This document shows, piece by piece, positions 1 to 7,943 of a stretch of DNA of 21,367 nt. Position 1 is the first letter of the stretch. Each line of letters opens with the position of its first letter. The DNA comes from Gemmatimonadales bacterium. Lineage in GTDB: Bacteria; Gemmatimonadota; Gemmatimonadetes; Gemmatimonadales; GWC2-71-9. A program made the translations under genes and the position numbers. Location of the stretch: positions 1 to 21,367 of the forward strand of contig JBBQFH010000039.1 of assembly GCA_038321865.1 (NCBI GenBank). Direction: 5' to 3'. Under the pieces are notes generated by a model. That model was given only the letters and a program-made list of their open reading frames with translations. It had not been told where the DNA came from and made no database searches.

Positions 1-195
1 GAACGTCCCGTACGTGTTGTTGTCCGAGAAGTAGGCTTCCTGCGCCGTCTCCAGGTTCCGGAGGTCGGTCTTGATCGAGGCCAGCTTGGCCTTGTCCTTC
101 GTCGCGGCGAACTTCGGAATCGCGATCGCGGCAAGAATGCCGATGATGACGACCACGATCAGAAGCTCGATCAGGGTAAAGCCCTTGCGGTTCAT
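1..195 (-). CDS. Type IV pilin (prepilin with N-terminal methylation motif); runs off the left edge
   Basis: Not in the ORF track; translated by hand from ATG at 195: MNRKG^FTLIELLIVVVIIGILAAIAIPKFAATKDKAKLASIKTDLRNLETAQEAYFSDNNTYGTF... Class III signal (G^FTLIE, E5); GGAGG RBS at 205-209. Confidence 0.95.
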   Translation of the reverse strand, partial: MNRKGFTLIELLIVVVIIGILAAIAIPKFAATKDKAKLASIKTDLRNLETAQEAYFSDNNTYGTF

Positions 196-272
196 GATGC
201 GATTCCTCCGAGGGTGATGATGACGGCCGTCGCCGGCATGGCAGACGGAACCGGACTCAGGCAACCGGAAAG

Positions 273-287
273 GCAATCGGTATGCCG
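273..287 (-). promoter_or_regulatory. Sigma54 (-24/-12) promoter for the pilin gene
   Basis: Minus strand reads CGGCAT-ACCGA-TTGC, i.e. GG-N10-GC matching YGGCAY-N5-TTGC, 77 nt upstream of the pilin ATG. Confidence 0.8.
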
Positions 288-464
288 CCGCGGAGGACGC
301 GGGCCAATGGTGTGCGGGGCCGAGAGTTAGCGCGAGATCTGCAAGGAGTGGCGTCATCCGCGGGTGGTCGGCACCGCCGGATTTTGCGGCATGGGACGAA
401 GCAGCCGGCTGGCCCGGTGACTGGTGCCATCGGCCGGCCGACCCGTATCTTGCGGGGACCGATC

Positions 465-1196
465 ATGCGCGCCGCCTCCGCCCTCGCCATCCTCTGCCTC
501 GCCGGCTGCAGCAACGACATCACCATCGTGTCCGACGGCCACGGCGTCGCGACGCGGCTGGTGTTCGTCGCCGGGCCGCCCTCCGCGATCGCGGGTGGAG
601 CGCTCCTCGCCCCGATCCGGCTCGCGGCGGTGGATTCCGCCGGCGTGACCGACAAGCGCTTCGCGGGCGACGTCATCATCTCGCTCCGCGATAACCCGAC
701 ACGCACGTTCCTGTTGGGACGCGACACGGCGCGCGTGGTGGACGGCATCGCGACCTTCGAGGATCTGCGGGTGCCGGCGGCGGGGTCGGGATACACGCTC
801 ACGGCGATTACGTCCGGTTTCGCCTTCGTCACCAGCAACCGGTTCGACGTGGTGCAATCGGCGCGACTGGCCTTCACCGGCGAGCCGGCGACCTTCGACG
901 CCGGCGTTCCGATCGGGCCGGCCGTTGCGGTGAGCGTGCTCGATGCAACCGGGAATCCGATCGCGTCGTATTCCGGGCCGGTCACGATGTCGCTGGCCGC
1001 CGGCAGCCCAGCCGGCGGATCACTCACCGGGACCACGACCGTGGACGCCGTGGACGGGATCGCGACATTCAGCAATCTGATCGTCAATCCGTCGGGTACC
1101 GGCTACATGCTCCGCGCCGGCATCCGGACGTTCACCCCCGCCATCAGTCGGCCGTTCGCGTCGCACGACTTCGTGCTGCTCTCGGGCGCCGACTAG
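465..1196 (+). CDS. Lipoprotein with two tandem Ig-like beta-sandwich repeats (243 aa)
   Basis: ATG at 465, MRAASALAILCLAG^C lipobox. Two ~100-aa repeats: RLVF..P...AG...VDGIATFEDL.V...GSGYTL.A and RLAF..P...AG...VDGIATFSNL.V...GTGYML.A. Confidence 0.8.
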   Translation: MRAASALAILCLAGCSNDITIVSDGHGVATRLVFVAGPPSAIAGGALLAPIRLAAVDSAGVTDKRFAGDVIISLRDNPTRTFLLGRDTARVVDGIATFEDLRVPAAGSGYTLTAITSGFAFVTSNRFDVVQSARLAFTGEPATFDAGVPIGPAVAVSVLDATGNPIASYSGPVTMSLAAGSPAGGSLTGTTTVDAVDGIATFSNLIVNPSGTGYMLRAGIRTFTPAISRPFASHDFVLLSGAD

Positions 1197-1270
1197 CCCC
1201 CTGCTGGGCCACGTCGCTGATGAGTTCGGCAGACTTCCAGTTTGCGCGAGATTCATTGCAAAGGACGACC

Positions 1271-1735
1271 ATGCCGGATCCGAATCCCGTCGTGTCGCTG
1301 CAGACGGCGCTCCCGCGGGGGATCGCCGCCGTCCACGCGCGCCTTCCGGCCGGGCGTGTCTCCGCCGTCTTCGGAACGTACCTCGATCAGGTCTACGCGG
1401 CGGGGCGTGCAGGCGCGGTGGCGCTGGATGGGCAGAACATCTTCCTCTATCGCGACGGCGGGGACGGGCAGCTCGAGGTGGAGTTCGGCGTCGGGGTGGC
1501 GGGGCCGTTCCCCGGGGCGGGCTCGGTGCGATACGTCGAGCTGCCCACGGGCCCGGCCACTACGGCGGTGCACCGGGGCGACTACGGCCGGCTCGGCGAG
1601 ACGCACGCGGCGGTGATCGCCTGGTGCCGGTCGAACGGGCGGGCGCTGGCGGGGCCGCGCTGGGAAGTGTACGGCCACTGGAGCCCGGGCGGCGGGCCGC
1701 CCCGGACGGACGTCTACTATCTCCTGGCTGAGTAG
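1271..1735 (+). CDS. GyrI-like small-molecule-binding domain protein (154 aa)
   Basis: AAGGA RBS before ATG 1271. Motifs LPTGPATTAVHRGDYGRLGETHAAVIAWC and GPRWEVY...RTDVYY are typical of GyrI-like/effector-binding domains. Confidence 0.85.
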   Translation: MPDPNPVVSLQTALPRGIAAVHARLPAGRVSAVFGTYLDQVYAAGRAGAVALDGQNIFLYRDGGDGQLEVEFGVGVAGPFPGAGSVRYVELPTGPATTAVHRGDYGRLGETHAAVIAWCRSNGRALAGPRWEVYGHWSPGGGPPRTDVYYLLAE

Positions 1736-1799
1736 CGCGGCGAAGTAGCAGTGAACGGTGCTGCCGAGCAGCGGTGCGGGCTATCGTCGGCGAGGGGTG

Positions 1800-1852
1800 A
1801 TGCATAGAATCCACATGAAATACTGGTGTAACTGCGCATTCGGCCTTATGAT
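1800..1852 (+). promoter_or_regulatory. AT-rich promoter/operator region for the cytochrome gene
   Basis: AT-rich island in GC-rich DNA. Dyad ATG-N11-CAT at 1800-1816 contains a T-N11-A (1801/1813). -10-like TATGAT at 1847-1852 with a poor -35. Confidence 0.45.
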
Positions 1853-1923
1853 CTGCGGTACCCGGCTTCGCCCGCACGAGGGTGCGGGCGGAGGCTTCGG
1901 GTTTCTCGATCGTGGAGGTTGCC

Positions 1924-3120
1924 ATGCCGATCGCAGCGCACCGACTCCCCACCGCCATTCTGCTCTGCACACTGCTCGCCTGCGCCGATCCCGCCCCGCC
2001 GAGGGAGGCGGCGCAGGTGGCGGCTACGCCGGCGCCGGATTCCACGGCCGATGGCCAGCGCATCTTCCGCCACGAGACCTTTGGCGACGAGCAGTTCTGG
2101 ACCGACACCGCGCGCATGCAGGAAGTCATCCAGGCGTCGGTCAGTCCCAAGGTGGCGCTGTCGGTCGGCCTCAAGGTGGACGCCGAGGCGGTCCCGCCCG
2201 ATGTTGCCGCGGGGATCAAGAGCGGGAAGGTCGATCTCACGAGTCCCGCCACGACCGTCGCGCTCCTGAAGCTGGGTGCCGTTGTCGGAGTCGAGGGCAG
2301 GGTGGAGACGGTGGGGGGTCGGGACACGCTGGTCCGCGTCGGCATCACTTGCGCGCTCTGCCATTCGACGGTGGACAACTCGTTCGCGCCGGGGATCGGC
2401 AAGCGGCTGGACGGCTGGCCCAACCGGGATCTCGACGTCGGCGCGATCATCGCCCTCTCGCCCGCCGTCACGCCGGCCCAGAAGGCGGTCTACAAGTCAT
2501 GGGGGGCCGGCAAGTACGATCCGCGCTACAACATTGATGGGAAGAGCACCCCGCTGGTGCTGCCGCCGGCATACGGACTCGCCAGCGTCAGGAACGAGAC
2601 GTATACCGCCGAGGGGCCGATCTCCTACTGGAATGCGTACGTCGCCGTGACCCAAATGCACGGGCACGGCAACTTTTCCGACCCCCGGCTGCACATGGAC
2701 ATCAGGCAGTCTCCCGACATGGTGACATCCAGGCTTGCGGCGCTGCGCGACTATCAGCACAGCATCCAGGCGCCGGTTGCGGCGGCGGGGAGCTTCGATG
2801 CGGTCGCGGCCGGACGGGGGCGCACCGTGTTCGATCGGAGCTGCTCCTCCTGCCATGTGGGCGGCTCGGGCACCGACAACAACGATGGCACGCTGCACGC
2901 GCCGTCGGAGACGGGAATGGACGGCGGCTACGCCATGCGGACGGCGAACCACATGTATCGCACGACGCCGCTTCGCGGGCTGGCGCAGCATGCGCCGTAT
3001 TTCCACGACGGCAGCGCGGCGACGCTTACCGAAGTGGTGCGGCACTACAACCGGGTTCGGCACCTCGGCCTGAACGACCTTCAGCAGAAGGATCTGGTGG
3101 AATACCTGAAGGGGCTGTAA
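1924..3120 (+). CDS. Di-heme c-type cytochrome lipoprotein, bCcP/MauG-superfamily-like C-terminus (398 aa)
   Basis: GGAGG RBS at 1914-1918; lipobox-like LLA^C. Two CxxCH motifs: CALCH (2350-2364) and CSSCH (2842-2856). C-terminal YRTTPLRGL...APYFHDGS.ATL..VV.HY...L..YLKGL. Confidence 0.85.
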   Translation: MPIAAHRLPTAILLCTLLACADPAPPREAAQVAATPAPDSTADGQRIFRHETFGDEQFWTDTARMQEVIQASVSPKVALSVGLKVDAEAVPPDVAAGIKSGKVDLTSPATTVALLKLGAVVGVEGRVETVGGRDTLVRVGITCALCHSTVDNSFAPGIGKRLDGWPNRDLDVGAIIALSPAVTPAQKAVYKSWGAGKYDPRYNIDGKSTPLVLPPAYGLASVRNETYTAEGPISYWNAYVAVTQMHGHGNFSDPRLHMDIRQSPDMVTSRLAALRDYQHSIQAPVAAAGSFDAVAAGRGRTVFDRSCSSCHVGGSGTDNNDGTLHAPSETGMDGGYAMRTANHMYRTTPLRGLAQHAPYFHDGSAATLTEVVRHYNRVRHLGLNDLQQKDLVEYLKGL

Positions 3121-3147
3121 CCGTCGCGGGGGATCGCAGCCGGCGAT
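3023..3147 (+). repeat. Direct repeat copy 1 (3' end of cytochrome gene plus ~27 nt downstream)
   Basis: Aligns without gaps to 9764-9888 (offset 6741). 16 mismatches in 125 nt by hand count; 40-nt identical core 3093-3132. Confidence 0.95.
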
Positions 3148-3189
3148 CACCGCGCCGCGCAAGCTGTGCCGTGCCCCGTTCGCGGGTGA

Positions 3190-3423
3190 TCACGATGCCT
3201 TCCGCGGCGTGGACGGGTTCGCCGGTTCGTCCGTGCATCCGAAGGCATGCAGCCGGCCGAGGATCCGCTCCAGCGGGCAGAACTGCGTGAAGCTCGACTG
3301 CACGAGGTTCAGGCCCACGAACGCCGTGAAGAGAAACCACAGCGGATTCACCAGCCAGCCGAGCGCGACTGACGCCAGAATGAAGGAGCCGGCGAAGCGC
3401 CGGATGATCCGGTCATTGCACAT
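3190..3423 (-). CDS. YgaP-like / DUF2892 small membrane protein (77 aa)
   Basis: ATG 3423 with AAGGA RBS. MCNDRIIRRFAGSFIL...WFLFTAFVGLNLVQSSFTQFCPLERIL shows the DUF2892 pattern (R..AG, two TM segments, FCP). Confidence 0.9.
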   Translation of the reverse strand: MCNDRIIRRFAGSFILASVALGWLVNPLWFLFTAFVGLNLVQSSFTQFCPLERILGRLHAFGCTDEPANPSTPRKAS

Positions 3424-3463
3424 GTTGCCTTCCTTTCGCCGCGTCGTGCGGCGCATCGGGGGG

Positions 3464-3754
3464 TTAGAAGAACCGCTCCACCGGCAGTTCGGCCACGTGC
3501 AGGCGCTCGCCCGGTACGGCGGCTCCGGCCAGGTCCCGGAGCGCGGCCGACAGCGGAGCCACGGCATCGTCGGCCAGCACGGTGAAATACACCTGCGAGT
3601 CCCCGGGCCACGCCCGGCTTCCCTCGCGCCGTCCGCTGCGCCCAGCGCCGTGCGCGTTGGAGAGCTGGGTCCAGCCGATGGCGCCGTGGTCATCGAGCAG
3701 GCCAGGAATCAGCTCGGGCCGCGGCCCGCCGTAGATTATCACCAGCATTCTCAT
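3464..3754 (-). CDS. P-II-like transporter-associated small protein (PG0541-like, 96 aa)
   Basis: ATG 3754 overlaps the RND stop (ATGA). MRMLVIIY...GWTQLSNAHGAGRSGRREGSRAWPGDSQVYFTV...LHVAELPVERFF resembles the GlnB/P-II fold with a GxGxxG loop. Confidence 0.75.
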   Translation of the reverse strand: MRMLVIIYGGPRPELIPGLLDDHGAIGWTQLSNAHGAGRSGRREGSRAWPGDSQVYFTVLADDAVAPLSAALRDLAGAAVPGERLHVAELPVERFF

Positions 3755-6700
3755 GGCGTAATACCCTCCGGATGCTCGCGGCGGCGCAGCTCCCAGTAGA
3801 GGAGTGGCACGACCACCATCGTGAGGAGCGTCGCCACGACGGCCCCGCTCATCAGCGCCACGGCCAGCCCCTGAAAGATCGGATCGAGCACCATCACGAG
3901 CCCGCCGACGACGACGGCCGCGGCCGTGAGCGCGATGGGGCGGAACCGGACGGTCCCGGCCTCGACCACTGCGTCCGCCAGCGACGCCCCGCGCTCCTCG
4001 GCGAGCTGAATGAAGTCCACCAGGAGGATCGAGTTCCGCACGATGATGCCGGCCAGGGCGATCATGCCGATCATCGAGGTGGCGGTGAAGAACGCACCGG
4101 TCAGCGCATGCCCGGGCAGGATGCCGATCAGCGTGAGCGGGATCGGCGCCATGATGACGAGCGGAATCCTGAACGACTGGAACCACCCGACCACCAGGAC
4201 GTAGATCAGCACCAGCGCGACGGCAAACGCGATCCCCAGATCGCGGAAGACTTCGAGGGTGACCTGCCATTCGCCGTCCCACTTGAGTGCGGTCTCGTCG
4301 AGCCGGTCAGGCTGGACGGCGTTGTAGCGCCGGATTTCCGCCCCGGCGACCCGCACCGCGTCGAGCCGACGATTCATCGCGAGGATGGCATAGACCGGCG
4401 ACTCGATCGCGCCCGCCACGTCGCCAGTGACGTAGATGACCGGGCGGAGATCCCGGCGGAACCGCGCGCTCTCCCGCGTCGACGAGTCCACCGTGACGAA
4501 GCGCGCGAGCGGTCGCGGCCCGTCGGCCGTCGCCACCGGCAGCGCGAGCAGCGCCTCGGCGTTTGTGCGGCTCTCGAGGGCGAGCCGGGGTACGATGGCG
4601 ACGCCCTCGCGGGCGTCCGGCTGGGCCGCGAGCCCGACGATGCGGCCGGACTGCGCCAGGGAGACGGCCTGAGTGATCTGCTCGACGCTGGCTCCGGCGG
4701 CAGCCGCGCGTACCCGGTCTACCCGGAAGGTGAGCTGAGGCTGCGGCGCTTCGATGGTCCAGTCCACGTCCACGACGCCGGGTGTGGACTCGAAAACCGC
4801 CTTCACGCGGCGCGCCGCCTCGAGCCGGCTGGCGTCATCACCGGCATACACTTCGGCGACCAGCGTCGAGAGCACCGGCGGGCCCGGCGGGATCTCGGCG
4901 ATCTTGGCGCTGGCCTGATAGCGCCGGGCGATCGAGTCGATCACCGGCCGGACAGCCACCGCGATCGCGTGACTCTGCCGCTTGCGATCGCCCTTCGGGC
5001 GGAGATTCACCTGCAGGTCGGCGACGTTGGGGCCGCGGCGGAGGAAATAATGCCGCACCAGCCCGTTGAAGTTGAACGGCGCGGCCGTGCCTGCATACAC
5101 CTCGGTGCTCGCCACCTCGGGCACCGAGCGGAGATACCCGGCGATGTCGGCGCCGAGCGCCGCGGAGGTCTCGAGCGTCGTTCCTTCCGGCAGATCGAGC
5201 ACCACCTGGAATTCGCTCTTGTTGTCGAACGGCAGCATTTTCACCGAGACCAGCCGCACGGCCACCAGTCCCATCGAAAGCACCAGCAGGCCCAGCACAC
5301 CGCCGTAGAACGCGCGGCGGCGCCCGCGGCCGGCCATGAGCCCAGTCATGACCCGCGCGTAGAACCGGCCGAACCGCGCGCTCCCGCCTCCGGCCGTGTG
5401 CGCGGCGGTGTGCCCCCTGAGGAGGCGGAGTGCGAGATACGGCGTGATGATGAACGCCACCGCGAGCGAGGCGAGCATCGCCACGGAGGCGCCGACCGGA
5501 ATCGGCCGCATGTACGGCCCCATCATTCCGCTCACGAACGCCATCGGCAGGATCGCGGCGATCACCGTGAAGGTGGCGAGGATCGTCGGGTTGCCGACTT
5601 CATCCACTCCCTCGACCGCGGCGGTCTCGGCGTCCTTGTCGCCCATGGCGAGGTGGCGGTAGATGTTCTCCACCACGACGATGGCGTCGTCCACCAGAAT
5701 GCCGATCGAGAAGATCAGGGCGAACAGGGTGATGCGGTTGAGGGTGTATCCGAGCGCGTAATACGCAAAGAGCGTGAGCGCGAGGGTCACCGGCACCGCG
5801 ACCAGCACCACCAGCGCCTCGCGCCAGCCGAGGAAGAGCCAGATGAGGAGCGTCACCGAGACGGTGGCGATGCCGAGGTGCAGGATGAGCTCGCTCGCCT
5901 TGTCGCTCGCCGTCTCCCCGTAGTTCCGGGTCACGGTGACACGGACATCGGAGGGCAGGAGCCGGCCTCGGGCGGCGTCCACCCGCTCGAGCACCGCCTC
6001 CGCCACCCGGGTGGCGTTCGCGCCGTGGCGCTTCGCGACGCTGATGGTCACGGCGCTCTCAGGGGCTCCCGTCCCCGCGGCGTGGGAGACGTAGTCGGCC
6101 CGCTCCCCGAACTCCTCTGTCACGGCAGCGACATCACGTACGGACACCGCCGTCCCGCCCCGGGTGGAGACGACGACACTCCCCACATCGGCGGCGGTGC
6201 GGAGGGGCGCGCCGACCCGAACCAGGTAGACCCGGTCGCCGCTGGTCAGCTCCCCGGCGGGCAGCCGGGCGTCGGCGGCCTGGAGCGCCATGCCCACCTC
6301 ACCCGGCGTCACGCCCGCAGCCGTCAGCCGCATTGGATCCAGCGTCACCCGCATCTGCAGCGGCTGTCCCCCGGTCACATAGGTATCGGCCACGTCCGGC
6401 ACCGTGCGCACCTCGTCGCCGAGATGGCTGGCGAGCTGTCGCAGCTCGTTCGAGCCGTAGGCGGGCGAGTGCACCGTGAGGGTCACGATGGGGACGTCGT
6501 CGATGGAGTGTGGCTTGACCAGCGGCGGCGTCGCGCCGAAGGGGGCTTCGTCGGCCGCCGCCAGCAACTTGGCGTGCACCTTCACGACGCTCGCTTCCTG
6601 GTTCTCGCCGACCCGGAAGCGCACGGTGACGAGGGCGAAGCCGTCGCCCGCGGTCGAATAGACGTGCTCCACGCCGGGCAGCTCATACATCCGGCGCTCG

Positions 6701-6909
6701 ATCGGACGCGCCAGCAGATTCTCGGTTTCGGTCGGCGTCGCGCCGGGCAGCGCCACCAGGACGTCGATCATGGGGACCGAGATCTGCGGCTCCTCCTCCC
6801 GCGGCGTCGCCAGAATCGCCAGCAATCCGACCGCGAGGGAGGCGAGGGTGATGAGCGGCGTGAGCTTCGAGCGAAGAAAGCGCCCCGCGATGCGCCCGGC
6901 GAGACCCAT
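3751..6909 (-). CDS. RND efflux transporter permease, AcrB/AcrD/AcrF family (1052 aa)
   Basis: ATG 6909, 1 nt after the MFP stop. Motifs PREEEPQI, GILVDDAIVVVENI (TM4 DD), GIIVRNSILLVDF and RFRPIALT. Confidence 0.95.
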   Translation of the reverse strand: MGLAGRIAGRFLRSKLTPLITLASLAVGLLAILATPREEEPQISVPMIDVLVALPGATPTETENLLARPIERRMYELPGVEHVYSTAGDGFALVTVRFRVGENQEASVVKVHAKLLAAADEAPFGATPPLVKPHSIDDVPIVTLTVHSPAYGSNELRQLASHLGDEVRTVPDVADTYVTGGQPLQMRVTLDPMRLTAAGVTPGEVGMALQAADARLPAGELTSGDRVYLVRVGAPLRTAADVGSVVVSTRGGTAVSVRDVAAVTEEFGERADYVSHAAGTGAPESAVTISVAKRHGANATRVAEAVLERVDAARGRLLPSDVRVTVTRNYGETASDKASELILHLGIATVSVTLLIWLFLGWREALVVLVAVPVTLALTLFAYYALGYTLNRITLFALIFSIGILVDDAIVVVENIYRHLAMGDKDAETAAVEGVDEVGNPTILATFTVIAAILPMAFVSGMMGPYMRPIPVGASVAMLASLAVAFIITPYLALRLLRGHTAAHTAGGGSARFGRFYARVMTGLMAGRGRRRAFYGGVLGLLVLSMGLVAVRLVSVKMLPFDNKSEFQVVLDLPEGTTLETSAALGADIAGYLRSVPEVASTEVYAGTAAPFNFNGLVRHYFLRRGPNVADLQVNLRPKGDRKRQSHAIAVAVRPVIDSIARRYQASAKIAEIPPGPPVLSTLVAEVYAGDDASRLEAARRVKAVFESTPGVVDVDWTIEAPQPQLTFRVDRVRAAAAGASVEQITQAVSLAQSGRIVGLAAQPDAREGVAIVPRLALESRTNAEALLALPVATADGPRPLARFVTVDSSTRESARFRRDLRPVIYVTGDVAGAIESPVYAILAMNRRLDAVRVAGAEIRRYNAVQPDRLDETALKWDGEWQVTLEVFRDLGIAFAVALVLIYVLVVGWFQSFRIPLVIMAPIPLTLIGILPGHALTGAFFTATSMIGMIALAGIIVRNSILLVDFIQLAEERGASLADAVVEAGTVRFRPIALTAAAVVVGGLVMVLDPIFQGLAVALMSGAVVATLLTMVVVPLLYWELRRREHPEGITP

Positions 6910-6910
6910 A

Positions 6911-7942
6911 TCAGCGCCCTCCCTCGTGCGGCTGCGGGACAAAGACCCGGTCGCCGGCGCGCAGACCGGAGAGGACCTCGACGGCGCCGTCCGTCGCGGG
7001 GCCGAGCCGCACCCAGCGACGCTCCAGCCCGACCGCGGTCCGGATGCGCACCCCGGTCAGATCGCCTTCACGCACGAAGGCGGCGTCCGGAATCAGGATG
7101 CCGACCCGCGTGCCGCGCGGGATACGCAGCGTGGCCGCTCCGCCGGCCGGGTGCTCGCCGCGGGAGTTGGCCACCAGCGCGTTCACTGTGTAGAGCGCAC
7201 CGGTCGCCGTTGGGGCGACGCCTTCGACCAGCGCCTCCACCGGCTCGTTCTCGATGGTGCCACGCAGGCGCGCTCCCGGCGCAAGCAGGCCGGCCGCGCC
7301 CGGCGCAACCGTCACGGAAATCCGGAGTCGGGATCCGTCCACCACGGTAACCACCGGAGCACCCGGTGCGACGAACGCCCCCGGGTCGACGAAGCGCCGT
7401 GAGACGACACCGGCGAAGGGCGCCCTGAGCTCGGCGTACCCGCGCATCACGGTCACCTCGCTCGCCGCCGCCCGCGCGGTCCGCACGCCCGCCTCGGCCC
7501 GGGCCAGCCCGGTCTCCACCGCATCGAGCTGCGCCCGGGTCGCCGCGCTGTCGGCATACAGCGCCTGGAAGCGGCGCGCCTGAGTGGCGGCGTCGCGCTG
7601 AACGGCCTCCGCCTCCGCGATCCCCGCCTGCGCCTGCGACTGGCGCGCCGTCAGGTCACGCGCATCGATCCGCGCGAGCAGCTGGCCCGCCCGCACCGGC
7701 TCGCCCTCGTGCACCGGCACGGCGGTCACGGCGCCCATGAGCTTCGTGCTCAGCGTCGCGCGCTGCACCGGCTCGGCGGTGCCGGCGGCCTCGAGGACGG
7801 CCGGTATCATCGTGTCCCGCACCTCGATCACGCTGCCGTCGAGCGCCGCCGTCGCGGCGCCCCGCACCGGCTTCGCCGGCTTCCGACCGCAGGCGGCCAG
7901 CGCTGTGAGGCCGCCGACCAGGAGCACCGTCGTCAGTCGCAT
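6911..7942 (-). CDS. RND periplasmic adaptor (MFP) lipoprotein (343 aa)
   Basis: ATG 7942, 1 nt after the TolC stop; LAA^C lipobox. Lipoyl-half motifs GAVTAVPVHEGEPVRAGQLLARID and LRAPFAGVVSRRFVDPG; C-terminal VEVLSGLRAGDRV. Confidence 0.93.
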   Translation of the reverse strand: MRLTTVLLVGGLTALAACGRKPAKPVRGAATAALDGSVIEVRDTMIPAVLEAAGTAEPVQRATLSTKLMGAVTAVPVHEGEPVRAGQLLARIDARDLTARQSQAQAGIAEAEAVQRDAATQARRFQALYADSAATRAQLDAVETGLARAEAGVRTARAAASEVTVMRGYAELRAPFAGVVSRRFVDPGAFVAPGAPVVTVVDGSRLRISVTVAPGAAGLLAPGARLRGTIENEPVEALVEGVAPTATGALYTVNALVANSRGEHPAGGAATLRIPRGTRVGILIPDAAFVREGDLTGVRIRTAVGLERRWVRLGPATDGAVEVLSGLRAGDRVFVPQPHEGGR

Positions 7943-7943
7943 G

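Noticed and set aside
1..180. Electrically conductive (e-)pilin
   Set aside because: Lacks aromatics at positions 27 and 32 (T, K), and the C-terminus is outside the window, so length and aromatic density cannot be judged.
1736..1762. Possible relic of a divergent lysR 5' end (minus strand ...CAC TGC TAC TTC GCC GCG, 'YFAA')
   Set aside because: Only about four codons resemble LRYF.A and there is no start codon; indistinguishable from chance.
3772..7350. 1192-aa plus-strand ORF and the other long antisense or alternate-frame ORFs (e.g. 8139-9362, 9892-11082, 13018-14343, 14015-15244, 16723-17934, 19754-20863)
   Set aside because: They shadow well-supported genes, have Arg/His/Gly-rich composition without motifs, and are expected in high-GC DNA.
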